Assembly: GCA_913009825.1 (NCBI GenBank)
Contig: CAJVYQ010000022.1
Location: forward strand, 3,870 to 67,869
Direction: 5' to 3'
DNA from: an uncultured Deferribacteres bacterium
Lineage (GTDB): Bacteria > Zhuqueibacterota > JdFR-76 > DREG01
DNA length: 64,000 nucleotides
Part shown: in pieces, positions 48,232-58,455 of the stretch
Numbering within the stretch: position 1 is the first letter of the stretch
Layout: the number at the start of each line of letters is the position of its first letter
Made by a program: the position numbers and the translations under genes
Notes under the pieces: generated by a model
Told to the model about the DNA's origin: nothing
Database searches by the model: none
What the model saw: only the letters and a program-made list of their open reading frames with translations

Positions 48232-49827
48232 ATGGAATTTATTCTTTCTGTTGAAGAAATGAGACGCGCGGATGCCGTTGCCATTGAAAAATTGAAAATT
48301 CCCGGCATAATTTTAATGGAAAATGCCGGTTTGAAAACGGCGCAATATATTGCCGAACGGTTCGCACCGCTATCCCGGAAAAAAGTGGGGATTTTTTGCG
48401 GCAAGGGCAATAACGGCGGTGATGGGTTTGTTGTCGGCCGGCATTTACATCAGATGAGCGCTAAGGTAAATTTTTGGCTTGTCGGGAAAAAAGAGGATCT
48501 GCATGGCGATGCTCTCATCAATATGAGGATTGCTGACCAGATGGGATTGACAATCCGGGAAATAGAAACCTGGCAATCTGAAGTAACCTCTTGCGGTTAC
48601 GATCTTTTAATCGATGCGCTTTTGGGCACCGGCTTGAAAGGGGAAGTGCGCGGCATTTACGCGGAAATCATCAAAAGTATCAACCAATTTCCCGGAAATG
48701 TGGCTGCTGTGGATACACCCTCCGGATTGAATTGTGACAGCGGTAAACCGCTGGGCGATTGTGTTTGTGCAGATATTACGGTTACCATGGGCAATATCAA
48801 AACCGGAATGCTCTTTTACCCCGGGCGGGAATACACCGGAGAATTGGCCATCGCCGATCTGAGTGTGCCCGCGTCCGTATTCCGGCAAATCCATTCGCAA
48901 AAACAGCTTTATAGTATTGACAATTACATTGCTCTGCTGCCGTCCCGTTCCGCCGATGCCTATAAAAATACATTTGGCAAAGTACTAGTGCTGGCCGGTT
49001 CCACCGGACTCACCGGCGCTGCCAGCCTGTGTTCCCAGGCGGCATTGCGTTCCGGCGCCGGGATGGTTATTCTGGGCTGCCCGGACAAATTGAATTCAAT
49101 TTTTGAAGAAAAATTGACAGAGGTCATGACCGATCCTCTGCCCTGCACGGATAATGGTTGTTTACAGGCCTCCGCTTTCGATGCTGTGGCCGGCTCTCTG
49201 GCCTGGAGCCATGTAATTGCGTTGGGTCCCGGATTGTCTACTCACCCGGAAACACGCAAGTTTGTGCACCGGGTTCTGCGGGAACAATCCCGGCCGATGG
49301 TCATCGATGCCGACGGGCTGAATAATCTGGCGGAGGCCGCCGAATTATTGGCAGAATATAAAGGAGAACTGGCGCTGACACCACACGTGGGTGAGTTGTC
49401 CCGGCTGACCGGTCTGAAAATTGCGGAGATTCAGGAATCACCGGTAGAGATTGTAAAAAAATACGCACAAAAATGGGATGCTGTTTTGTTGCTGAAGGGA
49501 GCGCCCACTATCATTGGCGACAGGGAGGGAAATATTTATTTCAATCCTTCCGGTAATTCCGGACTGGCAACGGCTGGATCCGGAGATGTGCTTACCGGCC
49601 TGATCACCGGATTTTTGGCCCAGGGATTGAAAGCGAAAAATGCGGCTCTTCTGGGCGCCTTTGTGCACGGTTTAAGCGGCGATCATGCCGCAATGGCGAA
49701 AGGGCAGCGGGGTTTGATTGCCGGTGATCTGCTGAATCATATTCCGGACGTACTTGTCGATCTGGAAGCGCGGAATTATGAATCAATTGCTAACTATTTT
49801 TTGGAATACCACCTGCGGTTGTTTTAA
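48232..49827 (+). CDS. nnr: Bifunctional NAD(P)H-hydrate repair enzyme (epimerase + ADP-dependent dehydratase)
   Basis: YjeF-N motif FCGKGNNGGDGFVVGRHL and YjeF-C carbohydrate-kinase domain (GSGDVLTGLITGFLAQG). Confidence 0.85.
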   Translation: MEFILSVEEMRRADAVAIEKLKIPGIILMENAGLKTAQYIAERFAPLSRKKVGIFCGKGNNGGDGFVVGRHLHQMSAKVNFWLVGKKEDLHGDALINMRIADQMGLTIREIETWQSEVTSCGYDLLIDALLGTGLKGEVRGIYAEIIKSINQFPGNVAAVDTPSGLNCDSGKPLGDCVCADITVTMGNIKTGMLFYPGREYTGELAIADLSVPASVFRQIHSQKQLYSIDNYIALLPSRSADAYKNTFGKVLVLAGSTGLTGAASLCSQAALRSGAGMVILGCPDKLNSIFEEKLTEVMTDPLPCTDNGCLQASAFDAVAGSLAWSHVIALGPGLSTHPETRKFVHRVLREQSRPMVIDADGLNNLAEAAELLAEYKGELALTPHVGELSRLTGLKIAEIQESPVEIVKKYAQKWDAVLLLKGAPTIIGDREGNIYFNPSGNSGLATAGSGDVLTGLITGFLAQGLKAKNAALLGAFVHGLSGDHAAMAKGQRGLIAGDLLNHIPDVLVDLEARNYESIANYFLEYHLRLF

Positions 49828-49861
49828 ATTAGCAGTTGCAGGATAAATGTAAACGACAATT

Positions 49862-50347
49862 TTGCTGAAACCGAAGAATTTTCAGAAACGGATTGGAGTT
49901 GCGGTGAGGGAAAAAAAGAACGGGGGAATTCGGTTTGTATATTTTGTTTTACCGGTTTTGCTGTACGCTGCGGCAATTTTTTATGTGTCTTCTCTGGAGA
50001 CGGTTTCTCTCCCGGATTTGCATATCAGTCTGGAAGATAAATTGCTTCATGCCATTGCGTATTTTCTGTTTGGCATGCTGCTGATCCGGGCATTCCATTT
50101 TGGCGGTGCCAGAACGTTGTCGAAGAAACTGATTGTAGCGGTAATGTTGCTTGGCTTTGTTTATGGCCTGTCCGATGAAATTCACCAATATTTCGTTCCG
50201 GGCAGGTCGTCGGAAGTTTTGGACTGGCTGGCAGATGCCATTGGAATTATGTTTGGAGTTCTGTTTTATATCCGGTTCAGCAAGTTTGAGATGCAGCTAA
50301 CCCGCGCTGTCACCAGGAATTTAAATTACCATGGAACAGAAAAATAA
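49862..50347 (+). CDS. VanZ-family membrane protein
   Basis: Four TM segments with the conserved D-E-x-H-Q pattern (LSDEIHQYFVPGRSSEVLDWLAD). Confidence 0.6.
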   Translation: MLKPKNFQKRIGVAVREKKNGGIRFVYFVLPVLLYAAAIFYVSSLETVSLPDLHISLEDKLLHAIAYFLFGMLLIRAFHFGGARTLSKKLIVAVMLLGFVYGLSDEIHQYFVPGRSSEVLDWLADAIGIMFGVLFYIRFSKFEMQLTRAVTRNLNYHGTEK

Positions 50348-51362
50348 AGGACTTACAAGGTCGGCCATTGTCTTTTTCCTGATTATGATCGGCATTATAT
50401 TTTTGGGAACAGTCGGTTTCAGTATTGTTGAAAAATGGAATTGGCTGGATTCACTTTACATGACGCTGATTACCGTTACCACAGTCGGGTTTGGCGAAGT
50501 TCATCCGTTGTCTGAAAACGGCCGTCTCATCACACTGCTGATTTTGGCTGGCGGTTTAATTACTTTTTCAGTGGGTGTCTCAACCCTAACGCGGTTTGTA
50601 GTCGAAAAAGAATTAGGCACAATTTTTTGGAGAAAGCGAATGGAAAAAGATTTAAAAAATCTTAAAAACCATGTGATTATCTGTGGTTGTGGGGACACCG
50701 GTAAAATTACCCTTAGAGAATTTGTCCGTAGCAAACAAAAATTTGTTCTCATTGAAAGAAACCCGGAAATTATCAATCAATTGAAAGAGATCTATCCGGA
50801 AATGTTAATTATTGAAGGCGACGCCACCAAAAATGAGGTGCTGCAGGAGGCCGGCATCGAAAATGCAAAAGGTGTGATTACTACACTATCCAGCGACACA
50901 GAAAATCTCTTTGTCACCATTTCCGCTAAAACATTGAACAAAAATATTAAAATGGTGGCTCGCGCCGTTGATGAGGATACGCAGAGTAAATTATACCAGG
51001 TTGGCGCCGATTACGTAATTTCTCCCAATATCATCGAAGGGCTGAGAATGGCTTCGGTAATGTTACGGCCAACGGTGGTGTCTTTTCTGGAGGTGATGAC
51101 GTTGGGAGAAGATATCGATCTGTTTCTGGAAGAAGTGTCCATTCAAAGCGCTGCCCAAATGAAAAACAAAACATTAGCGGAAGCGCAAATTCCACAAATA
51201 ATTGGTCTTATCGTAATTGCCATGCGTAAAAATGACGGTAAATTTTTATACAATCCCCAATCGGATACGCTGTTGGAGGCTGGAGATACCCTCATCGTTT
51301 TGGGCAAACCGGCACAAGTTGATCAATTGAGGCATTATCTGGTAAAAGGGAAAGTTAAGTAA
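50331..51362 (+). CDS. Potassium channel with cytoplasmic RCK (TrkA-N/TrkA-C) domains
   Basis: Two TM helices flanking a pore loop with filter TTVGFGE; Rossmann VIICGCGDTG and RCK-C region. Confidence 0.8.
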   Translation: MEQKNKGLTRSAIVFFLIMIGIIFLGTVGFSIVEKWNWLDSLYMTLITVTTVGFGEVHPLSENGRLITLLILAGGLITFSVGVSTLTRFVVEKELGTIFWRKRMEKDLKNLKNHVIICGCGDTGKITLREFVRSKQKFVLIERNPEIINQLKEIYPEMLIIEGDATKNEVLQEAGIENAKGVITTLSSDTENLFVTISAKTLNKNIKMVARAVDEDTQSKLYQVGADYVISPNIIEGLRMASVMLRPTVVSFLEVMTLGEDIDLFLEEVSIQSAAQMKNKTLAEAQIPQIIGLIVIAMRKNDGKFLYNPQSDTLLEAGDTLIVLGKPAQVDQLRHYLVKGKVK

Positions 51363-51373
51363 TTGGAGATATC

Positions 51374-51997
51374 ATGAAAATTCGCTGGTTTCTTTTTATG
51401 GCAATTTTACTGGGAGGCGTCACCTTTTCCGGTCAAGCTCAGTCATTCGGCTATGCTAAAATCCGGCTGGGTGTTAACGGCGGCATCTTCCGTATTAGTG
51501 TAGATAAATATCCAGATTTCTATGGCAGCCGGGTTGGTTATCCGTTTGGCGGTTCGGTCAGTTACGCCATCTCACCTTCTTTTCATATAACTTTGCAGGC
51601 CAAACAGTACCAAAAAGCAGCAACAAAATATGATAACTCAGAAAGAAAAAATCTGAACCGGGTTTGGCGGGAACGCTGGATCGGTTTGGGAATTCAACAA
51701 TACTCCATTTCATTCAATGAAAAGATGCGCTCTTATTTGGGATTCGGTCTGGCATTTTTTTTCATCGAAGAGAAAAAAGAGGGAAATTTTCTTTCCCGGT
51801 TGGGCTACGGTAACGGGAAAATACAGCCCACCGGTTTCTATCTGAGCGTTGGTTTTGAACGGTTCCTTTTGGAACGAGTTACATTGGGGCTTGAAATTGA
51901 ACTGTCTTCCGCCGGTGTTGGCAAAGGAGGCGGACTGGAAGCACAAAGCATCGGCGGAATTTATGCCGGAATCGGGTTGAACTGGCTTATTTTTTAG
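51374..51997 (+). CDS. Outer-membrane beta-barrel protein (OmpW/porin-like small barrel)
   Basis: Signal peptide, alternating hydrophobic strands, C-terminal ...NWLIF. Confidence 0.55.
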   Translation: MKIRWFLFMAILLGGVTFSGQAQSFGYAKIRLGVNGGIFRISVDKYPDFYGSRVGYPFGGSVSYAISPSFHITLQAKQYQKAATKYDNSERKNLNRVWRERWIGLGIQQYSISFNEKMRSYLGFGLAFFFIEEKKEGNFLSRLGYGNGKIQPTGFYLSVGFERFLLERVTLGLEIELSSAGVGKGGGLEAQSIGGIYAGIGLNWLIF

Positions 51998-52094
51998 TTC
52001 AGTTAAAATTTTTGTTGACTTTTGCGAAAAATTGTTTAATCTTAAATGCAGCACAAATAAACGGATTTTAATCTTACGAAAGGAGGTGATTTAG

Positions 52095-52244
52095 GTGGCA
52101 GAAACAGCATATTGTGTGAAATGTAAAGCTAAACGTGAGATGAAAGATGCTCAGAAGGTGACCATGAAAAATGGCCGGCCGGCAATGAAAGGAACATGCA
52201 CAGTTTGTGGGACGGGAATGTATAAAATTCTTCCTTCCAAGTAA
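52095..52244 (+). CDS. Small zinc-ribbon protein (49 aa, CxxC...CxxC)
   Basis: GTG start 9 nt after AGGAGG; translation VAETAYCVKCKAKREMKDAQKVTMKNGRPAMKGTCTVCGTGMYKILPSK; followed by a terminator. Not in the ORF track, which lists an antisense ORF here instead. Confidence 0.55.
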   Translation: MAETAYCVKCKAKREMKDAQKVTMKNGRPAMKGTCTVCGTGMYKILPSK

Positions 52245-52296
52245 GTGTGTTTGATTTGTAAAATCAATTTTTCGTTGAGAGGGATTGTTTGTCATA

Positions 52297-52328
52297 CGAA
52301 AAGCGGAATTGTAAAATTCCGCTTTTTT
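52297..52328. terminator. Bidirectional rho-independent terminator
   Basis: AAGCGGAATT-GTAA-AATTCCGCTT hairpin with an A-tract upstream and a T-tract downstream; sits between the convergent zinc-ribbon gene (+) and dnaE2 (-). Confidence 0.75.
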
Positions 52329-52329
52329 G

Positions 52330-55300
52330 TTATCCGGTCATGGCATAAAATGTTTTATCTGCTATCGCGAACTGCCGCTTTACCGGAAACAGTCGCAGGG
52401 GGATCACTTTTTCCGCAATGAGATTCACTTCGCCGGGAACCCGTGATTGAATTTGTCCGATAATCTGCACTGGCCCGGACAAGTTGGTTTCTCTGCCGAA
52501 TTTTTGATATACGGCGGGAAAGAGCACAACCTCGATGGTACCCCACAAATCTTCGATGGTAAGAAATTTCATATATTCATGTTTCGATGTTGATAACCGC
52601 CGCGACATAATAACCCAGCCGACAACCGTAACTTTTTCTCCTTTCTTTTGCAGCAGATCTACGGACTGTGTAAAATCAATTCCCGGATTGTTTTCTATGA
52701 ACAGAGAAAGTGGATGTGCCGTAACGGAAAATTTCAGCAGTTCCAGTTCATTCAGAATTTTCCGGTATTTGGGATAAGGGGGTAAATTCAGATCGGTAGA
52801 GAATGCCTCCGCCAAATATTTTCTCCGGTGATTTTTGAAAAACAGTTTTATTTTCATCAGGATGACAGCTTCACTGTTTTCAAAAAACCGGAAGCCGTTA
52901 CAGCGTGCCAGATTTTCTGCTTCCCGTTGATTCATTCCCGTTCGTAAAATCACATCGTAGAAATCACGGAAATCTTTTTGCCTTCGTTCCTTAATTATTT
53001 TTTGAATGGTCGACCGGCGCAATTCGGAAATAAAGGATAATCCTACCCGGATTCCGTTATTTTCAACCGTAAAAAGGGAATCGGATTTCAATATGTCCGG
53101 CGGGAGAATTTTGATACCAAGCCGGCGCGCTTCTTCCAGATAAGCGAAGCGGGGATAAAAACCGCCGTCGTTATTGAAAATGGCGGTCATATATTCCGCC
53201 GGGAAATGTTTTTTCAAATAGGCGGTTTGATATGCCAGCAGGCCATACGTGGAACTGTGCGCTTTATTAAACCCGTATCCGGCAAAATGATTGAGCCACT
53301 CCCATATTTTTTCCGCTGTTCCTTTGTCGATCCCTTTCCTTTCGGCGCCCCGGATGAATTTTTGCTGCATCGGTAAAAGGATGTCGTTATTGCGTGATTT
53401 TGTCATCGCCCGGCGCAAAACATCCGCTTCGCCCAATGTAAAACCGGCAATAGCCTGAGCCGCTAACAGAACCTGCTCCTGATAAAGGATGATGCCGTAT
53501 GTGCTTTGCAAAATGGATTTGAGGCTGGGATGTAAATAGGTTGTTTCTTCCAATCCGGCGCGACGGCGAATATAAACGTCTTTCATCCCGCCTTCAGCAG
53601 GGCCGGGTCGGATAAGGGAGATGGCGGCGATCACGTCATCCAGATTTTCGATTTGCATTTTGCGGATCAGTCCCCGCATTCCCGGACTTTCCAACTGAAA
53701 ACAGCCGATAGTGTCCGCCGCTTCGATGAAGGCGATGGTGCCGGGATCATCTTCCGGGATGCCGTTTATGTCGATTTTTATTTTGCGGTGCTGCTCTACC
53801 AATTTTACGGTTTCCGTGATCACACTCAGAGAACGAACACCCAGCAGATCTATTTTTACCAGGCCCAATTTTTCAATGGAATACATATCGTGCTGTGTGG
53901 TGATCAGTCCGCCGCCGGCCACTTCCAGTGGCGTAAAATGAGTAAGCCTGTCTGGCGCAACGACCGTGCCGCCCGGATGAACAGAAAGGTGACGCGGAAA
54001 ACCGGCGATGAAACGGGCCATACGATCAATCTTTTCCAGAACGGTTTCCTTATCCGGTTTGCCATTCTCCTGTGTTCGGGATTGTGACAACAAATTCGCT
54101 TGGCTGGTCAGGTGGGCGCATTCCGGAATATCGGTAATGGCGTGAGGAAGTTCCGTAATGCTGCGATGAGGAAGATTTTTGGTAATCCGCTTGATCTCGG
54201 TTTCCGGTAACCCCATAATTTTGGCAATTTCCCGGATGGAAGAACGCATTTGGAATGTAACAAATGTGGCAATCAAAGCGGTTTTTTCATGCGAGTATTT
54301 CTGATAAACGTATTTAAGCACTTTTTCACGGTTTTTCCAGCAGATATCCAAATCGATATCCGGAGCGTCGGTTCTTTCCGGATTGAGGAACCGTTCGAAG
54401 TACAGTTCATAGCGGATCGGATCTACTTGTGTAATGTCCAAAACATACGCCACCAGACTATCTGCAGCGGAGCCCCGGCCAACACAGGGTATGTTCTCTC
54501 TGCGGCAAAAATCGACAATCTCTTTGACAATCAGAAAATATTCTACAAAACCAAGGTTGGCAATGGTGTTCAATTCATGAGTTAATCGTTGTCTTGCTTC
54601 TGTGGTTACCGGTTGATAACGTTTTTTTAATCCGGAGTTGCATAATTTTTGTAATCGTTGAAATGCTGTTTCACCGGGATTCAAGTCGATTGCCGGGAAA
54701 ACAGGTTTGCCGAGAGAAAATTGGAAATCACATTTTTGCGCAATTTCCAGTGTGTTCAAAAGCGCTTCAGGGGAACTGCGGAAGCGTTTTCCGATCAGGA
54801 ACGGGGATTTGAGATATTGTTCGGAATGGCCGAATTCTGCAACCCGGTTGATTAGCTTATTCTCATCGATTGCCCGTAAAACCAGCCAGATTTCGTATTC
54901 CTGTGAGCGTAGTAGATGCACATCATTGGTCGCCACCGTATTAATTTTTAGCGCTTTGGCCAGATCGGTTGAGTAAATGAGAGAGAAATCATCCCGGGAA
55001 TGAAAACTTTGTAATTCCATGTAAAAATCATCTTTAAAAATTTCTTTCCACAAGAGTGCATTGTGGAAAGCCCGACGACGATTTCTTCTCTTTAAATGAC
55101 GGTAAATACTGCTCTTTTTCCCGCCGGAAAGGCAGATGAGCCCTCCACACCGTTCCGCAATGATGTGTGGATTCATGCGGAAATTGCGATGTCCGCCCTG
55201 CAAATTTCCACGGCTGATGATTTCACAAAGATTCCGGTAACCGGTTTGATTTTTCACCAGAAGAATCAGCGAGGATTCATCTTCCAAAATAATTTCCGCC

Positions 55301-55497
55301 CCGATAATCGGTTTGATCCCCGCCTCCTGTGCCAATTCAAAAAATTCCACCGAGCCGGACAGATTATTTGTGTCGGTTAGTGCCACGGCATTCATGTCCA
55401 GATCGCGTGTGCGGGCAACTAAATTTTGTAGTGTGATGGTGCTGTCGAGCAGTGAAAAGTTACTGTGACAGTGAAGGTGTATGAAGGATGTAGCCAT
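52330..55497 (-). CDS. dnaE2: Error-prone DNA polymerase (DnaE2/ImuC-type Pol III alpha paralog)
   Basis: N-terminal PHP domain (HLHCHSNFSLLDS), Pol III alpha palm/fingers; 1055 aa (shorter than replicative DnaE); immediately downstream of, and overlapping, a Y-family polymerase gene. Confidence 0.75.
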   Translation of the reverse strand: MATSFIHLHCHSNFSLLDSTITLQNLVARTRDLDMNAVALTDTNNLSGSVEFFELAQEAGIKPIIGAEIILEDESSLILLVKNQTGYRNLCEIISRGNLQGGHRNFRMNPHIIAERCGGLICLSGGKKSSIYRHLKRRNRRRAFHNALLWKEIFKDDFYMELQSFHSRDDFSLIYSTDLAKALKINTVATNDVHLLRSQEYEIWLVLRAIDENKLINRVAEFGHSEQYLKSPFLIGKRFRSSPEALLNTLEIAQKCDFQFSLGKPVFPAIDLNPGETAFQRLQKLCNSGLKKRYQPVTTEARQRLTHELNTIANLGFVEYFLIVKEIVDFCRRENIPCVGRGSAADSLVAYVLDITQVDPIRYELYFERFLNPERTDAPDIDLDICWKNREKVLKYVYQKYSHEKTALIATFVTFQMRSSIREIAKIMGLPETEIKRITKNLPHRSITELPHAITDIPECAHLTSQANLLSQSRTQENGKPDKETVLEKIDRMARFIAGFPRHLSVHPGGTVVAPDRLTHFTPLEVAGGGLITTQHDMYSIEKLGLVKIDLLGVRSLSVITETVKLVEQHRKIKIDINGIPEDDPGTIAFIEAADTIGCFQLESPGMRGLIRKMQIENLDDVIAAISLIRPGPAEGGMKDVYIRRRAGLEETTYLHPSLKSILQSTYGIILYQEQVLLAAQAIAGFTLGEADVLRRAMTKSRNNDILLPMQQKFIRGAERKGIDKGTAEKIWEWLNHFAGYGFNKAHSSTYGLLAYQTAYLKKHFPAEYMTAIFNNDGGFYPRFAYLEEARRLGIKILPPDILKSDSLFTVENNGIRVGLSFISELRRSTIQKIIKERRQKDFRDFYDVILRTGMNQREAENLARCNGFRFFENSEAVILMKIKLFFKNHRRKYLAEAFSTDLNLPPYPKYRKILNELELLKFSVTAHPLSLFIENNPGIDFTQSVDLLQKKGEKVTVVGWVIMSRRLSTSKHEYMKFLTIEDLWGTIEVVLFPAVYQKFGRETNLSGPVQIIGQIQSRVPGEVNLIAEKVIPLRLFPVKRQFAIADKTFYAMTG

Positions 55498-56677
55498 TTT
55501 TATCCATCCTGTATTTTGATTTTAAAATATGTGTTTTCGCCGGCAGCATGGCTGTGAAGCCGAAGCGATTGCGTATTTCATCGACGCTGTTCAGTAATTT
55601 TTTATTTTTACCGTCCATTGTAAAAAAGTCGGGCTGCCGGTTTTCCGGTTCAATCTCAGAGACGGAAATGTGAACGTGCCGGATACGGATTCTTCGTTCC
55701 TGCAACCGGTTGTAGAGCCGGTGTACCATGGTATTCAGAACGGCGGCGTCTTGTGTGTGTAACGGTAATTTTTGACCGATGGAAGAAATTTTAAAATCCG
55801 AGTACCGCACACGTAAATGGATGCAGCCACAGGTTAATTGCTGTTTTCGTAATTTCATGGCAATTCGTTCACAAAGGTACTGAAAGGTGGCCATCGCCAC
55901 TTGTATATCCTGTGTGTCTTCTTCAAAGGTTGTTTCACGGCTGATTTGTTTCGGTATATGCAGCGGCTTCACTTCACGCGGATCGATGGCGTTTGCATAT
56001 TGCCAGATTTTAAGTCCGTTGGCGCCCAACAACTGTTGGAGTGCCGGTTTGGGAATCTTTGCCAGTTGGCCGACAGTCTGAATACCCATTTGGAATAGAA
56101 GTGTTTCCGTAACCCGGCCAATTCCTAAAATTTCCGCAACCGGCAGAGGATTGAGAAATTTCCGCTCCCTGCCCGCCGGGACATAGGTGACCCCTCTTGG
56201 TTTGTGCTGCGCCGAGGCGATTCTGCTGATCAATTTTGAGGAACCGATGCCGATTGAGACAGGTATGTTAAGCTTTTCATCAATTGTTTTCTGCATCTCT
56301 CCGGCCGCCGTTTGCGGATCGGCAAATTTTCGCTGTGTACCGGTCATATCAATGTAAGCGTCATCCAGGGAAGTGAATTCGACCAGGGGAGAATAACCGG
56401 AAAGGATTTTCAGAATTTCTTTGGATATAAATTTGTAATGGAGAAAATTTCCTTTTAAAAAAACGGCCTGCGGACAGATCCGTTTGGCCTCGTGGAGCGG
56501 CATACCGGTTTTTACACCCAACGCTCTTGCTTCGTAACTGCCGGTATGGACAACGCCGCGCTGGTGGGCGTAACCGCCCACAATAACCGGCTTGCCGCAC
56601 AGGAAAGGGTTGAGACTCTGTTCTGCAGAGGCAAAAAACGCATCCACATCGAGGTGGAAAATAAGTTTCTGTTGCAT
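55460..56677 (-). CDS. dinB: Y-family DNA polymerase (DinB/Pol IV-like)
   Basis: Catalytic acidic residues present (IFHLDVDAFFASAE, SLDDAYIDMT), unlike ImuB; HhH region; overlaps the dnaE2 start by 38 bp. Start set at the second ATG (MQQKLIFHLDVD). Confidence 0.75.
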   Translation of the reverse strand: MQQKLIFHLDVDAFFASAEQSLNPFLCGKPVIVGGYAHQRGVVHTGSYEARALGVKTGMPLHEAKRICPQAVFLKGNFLHYKFISKEILKILSGYSPLVEFTSLDDAYIDMTGTQRKFADPQTAAGEMQKTIDEKLNIPVSIGIGSSKLISRIASAQHKPRGVTYVPAGRERKFLNPLPVAEILGIGRVTETLLFQMGIQTVGQLAKIPKPALQQLLGANGLKIWQYANAIDPREVKPLHIPKQISRETTFEEDTQDIQVAMATFQYLCERIAMKLRKQQLTCGCIHLRVRYSDFKISSIGQKLPLHTQDAAVLNTMVHRLYNRLQERRIRIRHVHISVSEIEPENRQPDFFTMDGKNKKLLNSVDEIRNRFGFTAMLPAKTHILKSKYRMDKNGYILHTPSLSQ

Positions 56678-56776
56678 GAAAATCTCCAATAATAGTGAAC
56701 ACACGACCACTTGTTAGAGTATATAAATGTTCACCTGAAAAGTCAAGTATTTTTTAATAATTTGGCTTTATTTTTT

Positions 56777-56911
56777 CCTGAATTGAACAGTTCTCTTGTT
56801 TTCAAGCTTGTTTTTGTTACGAAGAAAATTTTCATTTTTAATGTAAATCCGGTTGGCGATTCAGCCTGCCTGTGCAGACAGGCGAATCGCCCTACAATCG
56901 CTTAATTCAGG
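56777..56911. repeat. Family-B MITE-like element, inverted orientation (CCTGAATTGAACAGTTC ... CAATCGCTTAATTCAGG)
   Basis: Terminal inverted repeats plus the reverse complement of the family-B core hairpin (GGCGATTCAGCCTGCCTGTGCAGACAGGCGAATCGCC). Confidence 0.7.
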
Positions 56912-57088
56912 TTTAAAAAAATTGAGGTAACCAAAATTATTCGTAATACTTTAGTTCTTTGAAAAAAGTTGATTTGTTGTTAGCCTCTTTTATTTTCTTT
57001 AAATTTCTTTCCGGTTCTTTTTATGGCTATTTAACCGGCAATAAACTATATTTTCCACGGAATTTTTTTTACAAACCATACAAAAGGT

Positions 57089-58378
57089 ATGCAAATGAGA
57101 CAAAATTGTATAAAGCTGAGAGTCCTCTTAATTTTCGCTTTCTCCATTTTGCTAATTGTTCCTCTTTTCAGTCAGGAAACCGGTTTGAAGAAACAGGCGA
57201 TGGCAAAATTCAGGCAGGGCGATTACGTGAAAGCGATAGAACTGCTGGAAGAAGCAAAAATTAAGGCGCCGAAGGATGCGGAAATTTATTACTACCTGGG
57301 TTATTTTTCTCACTACCTTGCTTACGATTATCGTCCGTTGATCGGGTATAATGTGGACTATTCCGATAACGTTTTACGGTATCTGTTAAAAGCTGTCGAA
57401 CTGAATCCGCATTTTGGTAACGCCTATTATTTTATCGGCGCTGAATATGGTGCAAGGGCGATCGGGGCTTTACAGAATGAAGATAAACATCGGTACAAAA
57501 CAGCATACCGGATGGCGTTCAAATATGAAGCCTTTCCACTTTGGTTGCTTGAGTATGGGCGCAACATATTAAACTCCTGTGACAAAAATGCCGTCCTTTT
57601 CGTCGGCGGTGATGCGGAATTCAATCCGTCGCAATACCTGCAGGTAGTGGAACATTTTCGAACGGATGTGACCGTAATCCCCATTGCGCTTTTGGACAGA
57701 CCATGGTATGTAGAAACGCTGTGTAAAGGCGTTGCCGGCGTGCTGAAAAAAGCGCCGCTCGGTTTCACTCACGAGCAAATTTTGAATATGCATCCGTACA
57801 AATGGGACACTTTAACAATTACAATTCCTATCAGCGATGCGCTGAAAAATGAGTTGCAGCTATCTCCGGCAGCCACAATGAAATGGAACATTCTTCCTGA
57901 TTTAAAATCCGATAGAGGCCCACGACTGAGCGCAGGCAGAGCGGTATTGGCAAATATCGTTGAAACCAACAAGTGGCAAAGACCAATCTGTTTCTCCCTG
58001 GGTTGTCATCCCTATTTTTTGGCAGGGCTGGATGATTATTTTCAACTTTACGGGGTGGTCAATCGATTGTTACCGGTGAAAACTAAAAACTCAATTTATC
58101 GGATTTCTCCACGGAGAGTAGAAAAAATTCTGTCAGACGTTCGAAATATCAAAGATTTTTATGATGTAAAATCGCATGATATGCCCCGTGTGTCAAATAT
58201 TTTATTGAATTATTATGTGGTTTTATACAGATTAGCTGCGCACTATAAAGAACAGAATCAGAAAGGGAAAATTAAAAAGATCGTAATTTATATAAAAAAA
58301 TATTTATCTCCGGATATTTTCCCGGGGGGACGGGAATTGATGAAAAGAATAGTTGAAATCGGAGATATGCATTTTTAA
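57089..58378 (+). CDS. Hypothetical exported protein with N-terminal TPR-like region
   Basis: Signal peptide/TM (LRVLLIFAFSILLIVPLFSQ), TPR-like helices, large C-terminal domain without recognised motifs. Confidence 0.55.
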   Translation: MQMRQNCIKLRVLLIFAFSILLIVPLFSQETGLKKQAMAKFRQGDYVKAIELLEEAKIKAPKDAEIYYYLGYFSHYLAYDYRPLIGYNVDYSDNVLRYLLKAVELNPHFGNAYYFIGAEYGARAIGALQNEDKHRYKTAYRMAFKYEAFPLWLLEYGRNILNSCDKNAVLFVGGDAEFNPSQYLQVVEHFRTDVTVIPIALLDRPWYVETLCKGVAGVLKKAPLGFTHEQILNMHPYKWDTLTITIPISDALKNELQLSPAATMKWNILPDLKSDRGPRLSAGRAVLANIVETNKWQRPICFSLGCHPYFLAGLDDYFQLYGVVNRLLPVKTKNSIYRISPRRVEKILSDVRNIKDFYDVKSHDMPRVSNILLNYYVVLYRLAAHYKEQNQKGKIKKIVIYIKKYLSPDIFPGGRELMKRIVEIGDMHF

Positions 58379-58455
58379 CCTTACTTAATTTTGTATCTCA
58401 ACTGTGAACTTTTTGTACTAAGAGTAAAGATTTCTGAACCGCTGCAAGTTTTTGT

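Noticed and set aside
52074-52295. 73-aa minus-strand ORF from the track
   Set aside because: Cys/His-rich low-complexity translation with no start context; the opposite strand carries a better-supported small zinc-ribbon gene with RBS and terminator.
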